From Hyphochytrium catenoides (lineage: Eukaryota; Protista; Hyphochytriomycota), in contig FLMG01004002.1 of the NCBI GenBank assembly GCA_900088475.1, positions 1 through 64,000 of the forward strand: a DNA stretch of 64,000 nt, given 5' to 3'. Under the pieces are notes generated by a model, which had not been told where the DNA came from, ran no database searches, and saw only the letters and a list, made by a program, of their open reading frames with translations. Of this stretch, positions 23,201 to 35,375 are shown in pieces. Numbering within the stretch: position 1 is the first letter of the stretch; every line of letters begins with the position of its first letter. The position numbers were made by a program, and so were the translations under genes.

Positions 23201-26200
23201 GAATGAGGAGGAAGAACCAGTGAGACAAAGCTCTCAACCGTTCCCCTGTAACCTGATCCACTGGGAGAAGATATGCGATACGAGTGGAAGGACGCCTCTT
23301 CCACCCCTTCGGACTGGAAGGAGGGGAAGCATGCGGATCTCCCTTCGCCCTCTTCATTCTCCTCGTTCTCTGATCTAAGCGCTGGAGCCTCGCTGTAGGT
23401 TGCCGACTCAGCCCACGTGACGGACTTAGTCGTGTTGACACTGTTCTGAGAGTTAATTCGTGGGATTGTCTCTGCCTGATCAAGGGGTGCGACCATGGTC
23501 TCTGAGTCTAAAGAGGAAAGTGGTGGTACATTAACAGGCAGCGCTACTTTCCCCAGGGAGCTTCGTGATCCGATTGGTTCCTCTTCGTCTCTCCTACTTG
23601 ACAGAGGCGCCTTCAAAAGAATCAAGGATAAGTAGAGGTATCAGAAGAGCTAGTGAGGATCTTACCAGCCTGGGCAAAATCTGATTGCTGCCTTGGACTT
23701 CACTGGCCGCAACCCCCTCCCAATTCATAAAAAAGTTTTCCGTAGCAGCGTTCACATCGCCTCCAGCCTTCTGTAGATAGTGAATGATTGTAGTTACCTA
23801 TGTTGCAAGACCAATGAATAAGGACGGGGAAACCTTTTAGTGATGACTCTAGCGCTAGAGCCGGAGGAGCGGGGAGAAAGTGACGACGCTGAGCCAGCAT
23901 AAACCCCACAAATGGCAGCAGCGGAAGGGATTTAGTGTGCATCATGACGAAAGCGTGCATATAGGAAGGAAGAGGAATACTCCTTTAACTACTGCAGGTT
24001 ATCTTTGTCTTTCTCTCTAGTCTTTCACAGGTCGACGAGAGTCATCTCGCTATACGCCCAAGCTGCCTTACCGGGATAGTAGGGCCCAATACGGACGCCA
24101 TTGCTGCGACCCTTGAATCTTCGGCCGTGATAATAGGTTCTGTAGGCTGCTGTGCTACTGCCGGAGGGTCAAACGGTATTGGCAAACGTAACCGCTGGGA
24201 ATGCCGCGGTATGGTCAGAGTTAATTCTCTGGGTATCTCTGGGAAAGCCTGTTGGCACCTCGAGTACTTTTGGACTTACAGGGGTCCGAGAAACAGTAGC
24301 ACCTTCTGTAACCGCGCGTGCCCTTTTAAAGATCTGGCCAGGGCATCTGGCGCAAAAAAAAACTGGCTGTGGTCTATTAAGCTGCAACTCGCTCTCCGCG
24401 CTGGCATTAAAATAATTAGGAGAAGGACTTTCAGGCCTGATACGAGACGCGACCTACGTTGCCTTGGCAGGCCGACTGATGTAGTTAGGAAGCTTACCTC
24501 TCGAGCTTGTCGAGGCCGAGGAATGAGCGATGGGTGGCAACATCATAGTTTCCGACGTCCAACGGTTTCGTTCTTGCGAAAATCCCTCTCTCTGGATATT
24601 GACAGCTCTCCAGAGTAAAGGCCGTCCCCAACGTCATTGTCCGCATTCCTGAAGGTTATAACAAAAATAAGCATAGAGACGCATGATGTAATACGCATTT
24701 TGAACTTGCGAGAAGAAGAGCTTAGCAGAAGTTTTCATGAACCAAATTCGCGAAAGGGTGTTCCATAGCCACCGTTCAAAAGGCTTCACTTGCTCTTAAC
24801 CATCTTCCATTGCTCTCTACCTTTCTCCCCATCCCCTGGCACCCATCATAGTAACCCACTCTGCTACTCTTGCTTACCAGGAAGCTCTCTGATGGTAAAC
24901 CGTTGCTGTTCGGAACTCTCCTTAGGCTTGCTCCAACTATAGTGGTTTCAACATGGCAGACAAAAGGCAAGAAGTCAGATGATGCAAATATTACGTCGAA
25001 TCACAACCACAAAGAATGCAAACCCCGCACACCCGTGAGCCAAGGTGATGGAGAGTGAGACTAGAGAGAAGAAGAGGAGATGCTTAAGAAGGAAGCCTCT
25101 TCATTTAGCTCCAGAAAAGGTCCTCACCATAAATACTTCGTAACCTTGGAGACTCTCAGCCATCTTCCTCTGCATTCGATGGAGATGATGTCCCCATTCC
25201 TCAAATAATCCCCCGAGCTCCCTGAACGCTTGATGATTCTCAAGGTGTACACACGCGCGTCACTTTACAGGGAGAAGAAAACGTCAGATTTGCTCCAGCT
25301 TTGTGGAAGTGGGCTGACCCTCATCCGCTATGAAAGTATTATGTTTTCGCAAGATATCACGCTTTCGGTTCACTCTCCTCTTGCCTGAGAGGCCATATCC
25401 CCTCCAAACACCCAGCATCTTGGTCTCTATCTATCTCCGGAACTTTGCCGTTTGTAGCTCTTTCCTTTGACAATCCCAGCCAAAGAACTTGACACTTGTC
25501 ACCTGCTCTTGCTTGTTTCTTCGTTTCACAATCCCTCTACCCGCGTGGTCTTTCAACATGTTACCTGGTGGTGAGAGTTGCATATGAGCCCATCACCCCT
25601 AGGGCTCCTGGCTGCCCGAAGTTGTGCAGGATCACATCTTCAGATGCCCTAGAGGAAGAGAAAGATGACAAGTATTAGACAAGAGAGAAAGGAGTAGAGG
25701 AAGTGAGAGCCAAGAAGAACTCTCAGCATAGATCTAAAGGAGGATGACGAGTTGGACAAAGAGGACGCTTTGCCGACAATGGCTCTAAGGACTCCTAGCA
25801 GACCCTAAAAGAGAGCGAAAATTCTGGCACACATTGGATTCACTTCCCGTAAGAGTTGGGGTCCAATAGAAAGTGAGAGGACACATTGCCTAGAAGATAC
25901 GACTGACATGTGACGGAGCGATGAGAGGGAGAGAGGGGGAGGAGAGAGAGAGAGAGGGAGAAAGAGAGAAGAAGAAGAGGGAGAAAGGAAGAAGAAGCAA
26001 GAAGATGGGTTACTTGATGGCAAGGGGATCCTCTGGGGAAGTGCCTGTAACAGTAAAGTAGCTATTGATGGCACGGGCAACGTCCCAATTGCCGGCCTCC
26101 AAGTGCTGCAGAGCCAGCGCTTCTGGCACCTCATCCCCTAGAACCTATGCAGTTGCTCATAGTGAGATGAGATTGCTAGCTCGATCAAGGGGAAACAACG

Positions 26201-26735
26201 AAGACAGCAAAGGGCCGTAAGGCCAGACACAGAGAGAGTGAGTAAACCTCATCAGTCATTAAAGATCCTGTAGAAGTCAGAGAGGAGACCAGACCGGCAG
26301 GCAAGAGAGCATACGGAAAGCGAGTGAGCAGTTTTCATGCCAAGGCAGGAGCAGCACGCGTACCGTCAGAAAGAGAGCCAGTGCCTGCTCCTCAGGTGAC
26401 TTCTGCAGACTTCTAGCTAGGCGACCCTTCCGTGCGCGCAACCTGACGGTGACGGTTTTGGATGAAGGACCGTTAGAAGACGCAAGCCGCGACGCGTTTC
26501 ATCCTCCGAGAAAGGTCTCACGTCTCCCGAATATCGGTTCAATCGCCCTCTGGCCTCTACCGTCGCCCGATGGTCTGTATCCTCTCTATTCCTTTACATT
26601 CGTCCTTCTCCACATGCGACTTCTGGCTTTGAACGTCATCCACCTGACAACGCTGCCTTTGACTGCAAGTTGTTGTTCAGTCTCGCCCTCCTACCTTTTT
26701 AAAGAGAGACTGGGCCTTTCTAGCAGGGAAGCCAT
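20300..26735 (-). CDS. AGC-family Ser/Thr kinase (S6K/SGK/Akt-like) with two N-terminal UBA-like motifs, about 17 exons
   Basis: Kinase motifs LGRGSFG, FAIK, YRDLK|PSNI, DFGL, GTAEYVAPE and DWWSLG; tail KIKPPW and hydrophobic motif FSQFSF. In-phase GT-AG exons traced upstream to ATG 26735 (MASLLERP) encode ALQHLEAGNWDVARAINSYF and IHYLQKAGGDVNAATENFF. The 5' linkage is a manual model. Confidence 0.82.
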
Positions 26736-26909
26736 CCTCCCTGTCGCCCCTCTCTCCGTTCTCTCGCCTCCAGCTTGTCCTCTCCGTTATCTAGCCATCA
26801 ATTCTGGAGATATGGCCTTCGCCGGTGGTGCCTCTGATGATCCATCCCGGCACGTCTTCTCACTCGCAGATCCGAAACACTTTTCGAGGCTCAGACTCAA
26901 CCAAGAAGC

Positions 26910-27094
26910 AGTCTCTCTCTCTCTCTCTTCGTCTCTCTCTCTCTCTTCGTCTCTCTCTTGCTCTCTCTCTCTCTCTCTCTTACATCCCTGTCTCCAAATC
27001 CCAAGACTTCAACTGGTCTGATCCATCATCAGGTTTGAGTGTCTTGGAAAGCTTCCCTCTCTCTCTCTCTTTCTCCCCCTCTCTCTTCCTCTTA

Positions 27095-27146
<52 letters not shown>

Positions 27147-27330
27147 CCTCTCTCTCTCTCTCTCGTTTTAACAGCTTCTCTTTCCCCTTTCAACTTCATT
27201 CTGTCTGTCACTCGTTGTGTCCTTCCCTCACATCTCTTTCTCTGGGCTCTTGGTTGTTTCTAACACCCTACACCCCATATCTCATGACAGCTTTCTCTTA
27301 GCCGAAACCTAAGCTTCATTCACTCTGTCT
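26910..27330 (+). repeat. (CT)n microsatellite block upstream of the kinase start
   Basis: Long perfect ct runs at about 27100-27140 and 26912-26980. Confidence 0.9.
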
Positions 27331-28046
27331 CTTGTCTCTCACTCATGCTGCTGTAAAAGTGTTACACTCATAGTAGCTGAGCAACCAACACAGCCATTTC
27401 CTCACAAGCTTCAAACGGACAAGAACAGAAAAAATTTGACAGGAGGGTTTCCCATGGCCAAGCTATGGATGGCAGCCGTAGATGCAGCAGGAAGTTCCTT
27501 TTTAGAAGACGAGGGGACGTAGATTGTGCTTATGGTCTGAGAGAAGGGAGAGAGGATGAGAGAAGAAAGGGCTAGAGATAGCGAGTCTTGGAGATGAATG
27601 TGGAGCCTAGAGCCCAATTGGATGGGGGTAAACCGCACAGGTAGGTACTTGATGCGAAGAGTTCTGAGCTGGGATGGATGCTGAAGCGAGGAGAGGTTCT
27701 CAGGTCTTTGCTCATCCGCTTTTTGAGCACTTCAGGCACTGCGTAAGACAGCATAAGCCATTTGGTGCATTGACGACGTCTTGTTGACTTAGTGATAAGG
27801 ATATGTCCTTCTAGAGAAAAGCAATTTTATGGAAGGTGCTATTTCCTCTCAGCCACCAACTTCTAGGCTGATCGTCGCTCGTGACGCCTCACGTCAACCT
27901 TATCCACCGTGGCCACCGTTGTCTGTGCCTCTATCTACATCTCGAAAGGTCCAATTCACTCTCACTGACACGGGTAAAGGCGTGCTTACTTCCTTTTTAT
28001 CCGTCCAGTAAAGAGTGGTACTTTTTCGATCGTTTTTACTGTTCCC

Positions 28047-29765
28047 TCAGGAGCTTTCTGTAGGCGCGGCAGGATCGGCTGAAGCTACGGCAGCTTCCTC
28101 ACCTTCAGGAACCGCAAAGTCATCCTCTGTGGCATATCTGCGAAAGAGACAGAGATGGCCACGGCACAAACTTTCGGTGAACACGAGCTTGTATCGATGA
28201 TCGTCGAGACAGTTGATGGGAGGGGCAGAGGGTGATGCTCTAAGCAGAGGCGTGATTGAACAATCGTAAGGCCAACGGGGCAGCAACAAAAGATTTAGAC
28301 ATGAGATGCGACGAACTGAAGGGACAGTGAAGTAGCCTCTGATGTTAGCGTGGTGGTCTACTCACAAGATTTTGAAGACTTGGGGCACTATGCCTTCCTT
28401 CTGCTGTTCCTCTGGAAGAGACTGCAGTAATATCTCAATGTCTCGCAGCTTGCCAAAATAGAAGTCTCTCTCCTTCTCCAGCCCTTCCACCTATCAAGAG
28501 TCACAAAGAAAGAGACTAAACATCTCATCTAACCCCAGAGAGGCCATTGTCGAGCCCTACCGTGAGGCGCAGCTCTGCGTTCATTGTGTTCAGTTCGTCT
28601 AGCTGTGTCTGAAGTTGGTTAACCTGGGCTAGGACTGGACATAAAAGAAACGAGCCATGAGCTTACCAGAAAAGAGACGGCGGAGTTTAAAGACCATATC
28701 GGGACTGAGTAGAGTCAACTGAGACAAGGTGAGAGGTCAAGCACTATGAATAAAATAGAGTACATCAGCCCCAAGATAGATGTAGGAGACACAGCATTTA
28801 TAGTCAGTGATGGATGTCACGGAGGGGCAAGAAGAAGCAATGCACAGGACAGTTCACCACATTAGAAGGCTCTCTCTACCTCCTGGATCGTTCGCTGCCG
28901 GCGCTGGCTTGGGAGACTTTGAAGCTGGAGCCTTACTTACAGCAGCCCTTGTGGCACCTTTTTTCCAGGCGTCAGACACCTCGCTATAGCTAAATGCGCA
29001 AAGTTCCTTATTCACTTACCGACAGGCTTGTTGGTGGTGGGCGCAGCCTTACGTGTAATTGAAGGCTTACGAGTGGCAGTCGAACCGCGTGCAGAGGAGC
29101 TGCTGCCTGGAGTGGAAGCGGTGACAGGAGAGCCACCTGCTGGGGCATTGAATTGATAAAGGTTCCCGCCTTTTCCCTTCAATCGAACGGCCATCGCGTC
29201 ATATGGCGCACCGCTGCTATTGAGCTCATGGAACCGCTTTAACCACTGCATAAACTCTAGGTTGTCCTGATATTTAGCTCTGATGAGCTTATCTACATCA
29301 ACATGCTGTCCAGATTCACAAGAGAATCGTTAGAAGTAGATTGGGAGAAAATGATCGATCAAGCGCAACTGACCTTATCTATCTTCAGTCGATCAAATGC
29401 TTGCTGCAAGACCTTGTAGTTATCAATGAAGTCATAGTCGTGCTTAGCAGCCCAATTGACTTTTTGCATGGGCACCTTGCCTGAACCAGCGGCGCAGTCA
29501 TGAGATAATGCATAGTGGCTACATAGACTGCATAAACTCACCAGGGAATACACTGTCAAGGATCTGGCAAGCGATTGCACCTTTGCGAAGAGTGATTAGG
29601 TCTCACGAATCGATAAGGGTTATCTCTCTGATGTTAAGCCTTACCTGAGGCAGTCTGTTCAATCTTCGTAAGATTGCTCTGGCAAAGTCCATTAACCCAG
29701 TCAAGAATCTCCTTTCGACCCACGAAGTAGGCTCCTTCCATCATGCCAAAGCTTTCGGCCGCCAT
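28047..29765 (-). CDS. EB1: Microtubule end-binding protein EB1 (CH domain + EBH domain), about 8 exons
   Basis: [74 protein letters not shown]. Confidence 0.95.
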
Positions 29766-30480
29766 GGTTATAAGAAGGGGATGGAAGTATGCAGAGAACA
29801 CTTGCTAGGACTGTCGCTTCCCGATCGAGGAGTTGTATAAAGCAACCAAAGCCAGAGTTGGAAGCTCTCTGCGGCTGAGATATATGGGAGGCGGAGGGCG
29901 GAGGGCAATGACGAGCCGAAGTCTGGAGATGCTGCACAGATGAGAGAGTCTGGGCGTTTGGGCGAGGAGGCTGCGGATCACAGCCACGGCCCAACTTCCA
30001 CTTTCCTGCTCCTTCCCTTCCCTCCTCCCAACCTTTTTGAACTTCCAGCCTTATCCCTGATAGAAGCGGTCTGATCCAAGAATGGGCCTTAAAAGTCCGT
30101 TAGCGGTAGGGAGTACAACACGGTTACGGGTACGCACAGCCGAGCCGATGCTACAACGACAGCAGTTAGCTCAGGCTTTTGTGTCTGCCTGTGATGAACA
30201 AGAAGAAGATTCTTCTGCAGATTCCTCGTTCTTCGCTCGACCCATCCATCACCAGGAGGCGAAAGCAGATGATGAAGACAGACAACAAAAGAAGGCAGCC
30301 TCTATACTGCTAGCCAGATCAGCAACTCGAGAGACGAGAGCGATACGTCCCTAGTTACAGAGGGCGGACAAGTTAAACATCTAATCAAGAAGCTGGGGCT
30401 TTGCAGAGTATAAAGACTCGCACGAGCTTCTTACAGCCAAGAAGTGATTGAAAAAGGATAGAAAACGCCCAACCAGAGTG

Positions 30481-31157
30481 ATGATGCGGGCTGTAGCATT
30501 GCTGGGCATTTTCATCTGCCTATATGGGTACTATGTAAACCAAAGAACTCGGGAAGACCCTTTCTACAAAGCCTTATGTGACGGAACTTGGTACAGTTGC
30601 AGCAAGGTTACTCTTGAGCTCTAGATCCTGTCGCTACTCACTGCCATTCCTAATCAAGTGCCTCTTGCCCCATGTAAAATCCCTAGGTGGTGAGTAGTGA
30701 GTATGGCCGCCTATTGCTGAAGTGGAAAATAGTCTCAGCGGATTCTTTATTGAATATCCCGAACACCATGCTCGGTAATATCAGCCTTTCTCTGTGGGTC
30801 TTCGAGGGCAATAGTGCTTATCATAATAACGACGTTCCCCTGTACAGGTCTGGCCTACTTTACTCTTTGTTTGTTCTTTCCCACTGTCGAGAAGTCTCCA
30901 GGAGCAAGGCTGTTCTATCGGTTCACCGCAATAGTGTCAATGGTGTGTCCTTTCCTTGTCCGTCGCATCGAGGTTTTCTTTCACTAAGCTCAAGTCTCCG
31001 TCAGGTTGTCCAGTGCTATCTCGCATACATTCTTGCCTTCGTACTCAAGGACTTCTGCCTAATATGCGTAGCGACTTATGTCCTGAACGGTTACTTATTC
31101 TGGCGAATCTTCCGTTCCCCAACCAAGGCGGGAAAAGGGAAGTCGAAGAGGGCCTGA
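30481..31157 (+). CDS. VKOR: Vitamin K epoxide reductase family protein (VKORC1-like), 4 exons
   Basis: Loop cysteines YKALCD..SCSKVVSSEYG, NIPNTMLG, active-site YLAYILAFVLKDFCLICVATY (CxxC), and a C-terminal KSKRA matching the KxKxx ER-retrieval signal. Confidence 0.92.
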
Positions 31158-31329
31158 TGGCCGCTAAGTGCATAGGTTGTCCTATGAAAATAGACATGGA
31201 CTGAACCAGCAGAAGTCGCTGCGATTAAGAGAGTAAAATACTGGTCATTTCTTTTAACGGGAAGTTGCAGGATATGGAGCTGCTTCTTAGAGGAGCTTCA
31301 CCCCGCCCGATGCGTGGTTGGCGCCATTC

Positions 31330-32121
<792 letters not shown>

Positions 32122-32980
32122 CTTTCTGGTCGGTTCTGTTTGAACGCTAGGCAGCACTGGGGGTTGCTATGAAGTAGAAGTGGTGAAATGAGCTTTATGG
32201 ATGAAGATCGGAACTTGTTCTTAGGAAGGATCTCTTCTGCTTTCTGATGACAGGGAATCTACAGCGGTCAGGGGTCAGGGGTAGATGGTGGGCTGTTCCT
32301 CTCCTACTCCTGTCTTCTGAGCCACAAATGAGATCTTTTCTCCTTCAGCATGGAGCAGCCAGACAGAATCCTACCCAGCACGGTGCCCTACTTTCGGACT
32401 CTTACATGGTTGATCCGTGTGCTAGATAGCCCTTGTTATGTGGTCTGGCATCCGCTAACTGGACTTTCCTCATTCAGAACAATAGCTCACCTTATTACGG
32501 ATATAGTAATTAGCATCACTGGGGGCTGGAGAGAATCCTGGCTGTTACCGGCCGAGTCTCGAAAGTAAGCGATATCAACGAAAACAAACCTGGCCTGCAG
32601 ACTGCAGATCAACAGATTGAAGAATACAGAGCTTGGACACTCAGTGCACTCAGCCAGCGCCCTGGCGCCCGTATTCTCTGCCCGTGCAAGTAGGACCAGG
32701 CGTCGCCCTTTGAGTTCAGAGAAGTGACGTTTAGCCCAAACCACATCCATTGTCCTATGAAGAGCTTGGATTGACGAAGTGCTTACACTGTTTCTCAAAG
32801 TACAGTTATCATGAGCCTTTATTATTAGCCCGGAGAAGCATACGCTCCCAGAGGAGGCCTAGAACCGAGTCAAGGAGATGCCAGTTAGTGGCCGATGCTC
32901 TGCAGGATTTATAAGACTTCAGGATCCACTATATCCTTTCGATAGCGCAGTCGCACAGCGGTGTCGTGGTGGCACCTGTC

Positions 32981-35108
32981 ATGGCCCTGAGATACACAGC
33001 TGAGCAGTTGCGTTCGCATCAGCATAAAATAACTCGGTTCTTACTTACCTTTGAGAACCATGTCGTACGTGATATAGCTTGGATCTTGGTAGGTCTTACA
33101 CATTGTAAGCTGGGTGATCGAGATGGGAAGTCATCACAGGGACAGGCGCTAGAGCGAGGCAAAAGAAAGGTAGCAGCTAGAACGATCTTGGTAGGTCTTA
33201 CACATTATAAACTGGGTGATCGAGATGGGAAATCGTCACAGGGACAGGCCTAGAGCGACGCAAAAGAAAGGTAGCAGCTAGAACTGTCATTGAAAGAACT
33301 GAGCACATTCAATCGGTCTATTATGTTACAGGCAACACCGTCCCTCATGATTGGCTCAGAAGGTGCGATTGCCCTAAGGTTATGGACTCTATCATGAAGT
33401 AGTGAAGTTATTGTTTAACTTGTACATAGAGTGTCGCTGGATGTTAGAATAAGTCCTCATCTTTGAGCCCTCACTCATGCTGCCCCACCTCCAACTCCAC
33501 TTGTATGGCTTTACGCGCCATATGTGAGGGCTCAAACAGATATCCGTGTCCTTGGAGATGAAGAAATGTCGACGCTTCTCGCAAACTCATTAGGCTGGCT
33601 CCGGGATTGCGACAATCGGCCAGAGCATGTCAAGCGTTGGCTGAACAACCAGCGAATCACTAGACTTGGCTCCTACTTTGAAAGTACGGGATGGAAGCGC
33701 TGTTTTCTTCCCTGGCGTCAGTCTTTGATAGAACCCTCTTCACGTTTTGACCTCCCAGAATGCTACGAGTATTTCTTTCGCTATTCTCCAGCAACGAAAG
33801 ATTTCACGGATCTGAGGCACCGGGTCCGAATTCGATCTCGGAGTGATAGACGGCGATCAACCTTGGGAGAGTTTGATATCCTCTACCGGGAGGTAGGTGC
33901 CCACGGCAGTGCATGAGGTGCCTGCTCACAGAGCGCCATGCTCAGGTGGGATAATCGAGTCCACAAGGATGTAGGGAAGGATACCTGACGGCTGATGGAA
34001 TGTGAGGGTGCAAGAGATTGTCAGACAAAAGGGACAAGCCCGCCCGTTCTTACTCTCATCGAGTCTCTGTCGGTTAAAATGAATAGGTCCAGGATCCAGC
34101 AACAATCCACCATCTTGAGCTCTCGGTACAGGTCATGCTGGACCGTCGTCGGCGCCATGACTATCTAAATATCGGAGAGCACGACTTTGAACGCTTCGTC
34201 GGGCCTCATGCTCTAGAGTCCTTGACAACAAGGACCGAGCGCTGGAGACGCCAAGTTCTGCTATCTCATCAGGAAGAAGCACTTGTTGTGCTGTCAAAGG
34301 ATACAGGCTATGGCCCCGTGCAACGCGTATTATCCCGCTGCTTGTTGAAAGGTCTTTGTTTCCCAGCGTAAAATGCACTAAGTGGTAGATTGATACAGTT
34401 CGAAATCGCTCATTCTGACGTCTTCATCGTCTTTCGTGGTTGCAGGGTACTTTCTCTATGAGTGGCGGGATTGGGTTGCTTATGTCTCTGGGCTTGAAGG
34501 TAAGTAGTCATCTACGACCGTTGAAGGACTGGCACATTTTCAGTGGGTCTTTACAACGCCCTCATCATCGTAGGCGTCATTACGGACCTCGCCAACGCTA
34601 GAGGAGCTAGCCCAGAACAACAATGGAGTGACCAGCATGGTTTAAGGTGGAATCCACTACACCTCAAGGGCTGGTGGACTGATCTACCAGAAGAACTGGC
34701 GGCCTCAAATCCCAATTCGTATTGGGTTGCACCCATGCGGTTGCAATGGTAGGAACAGTAAGGGTCCTTCGTAAGCTGAGATACTCCCAGTCGTAATTGA
34801 GCTGTCACTTCTATGCCCTGCTTCTCCGCCATCTGATCGTTCTAACATATACGCTTTTACTTCTGCTGAAACTTAATCCCAGGCTTAGCCCTTTAAGTAT
34901 CAAAACGTTTAGGACGGACGTGGACGCTGTCCTGACTGGACTGCAGATGGTTGAGTACGTTCGCTTTGCCCAGGCTGCTGCCCGGAAGGCAAATTACTCT
35001 CACGGACAGCGCCTTCTCTTAGTGGAGCTAATGGAAGACCCGGACTCTGCCAGTTTGCAAGAGGTTAGCAGGGGACTGGTGCTTGAAACTGGATGGAGGA
35101 TGGGCTAG
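32981..35108 (+). CDS. DUF1853-like protein (putative PD-(D/E)XK fold), multi-exon
   Basis: Spliced motifs VRDIAWIL|ATPSL, RLGSYFE, TLGEFDILY, HHLELSVQ, FVGP, KGYFLY, GWW and EVSRG, in the order I recall for bacterial DUF1853 proteins. Confidence 0.75.
33082..33284 (+). repeat. ~102-bp tandem duplication spanning the exon 1 donor site of the DUF1853-like gene
   Basis: gatcttg|gtaggtcttacacatt...aaggtagcagctagaac at 33082 and 33184, differing by a few substitutions and a 1-bp indel. Confidence 0.95.
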
Positions 35109-35375
35109 CATAAGCTACTGAAGACTCCACATAACGATAGAGGTGAGCCAGAGTCTAAAGTTGGGTTCTCCCGCTGAAAAGTTGATGGGAATGGCTGTAG
35201 ATATAGGAGAAGGCCGATAACATGAGGGGAGAGGCACTGGATTGAAGCAAGTAATGAGCAAGCAGGGGTCACAGAGACACACAGAAAGCTAGTCGAAACA
35301 CAAGCCGTCCTGTGTGACTCAAGACATCTTTTCTATGGCGCTGGGTGCTAAAAGCAGTTTCGTCCATCGTCATCA

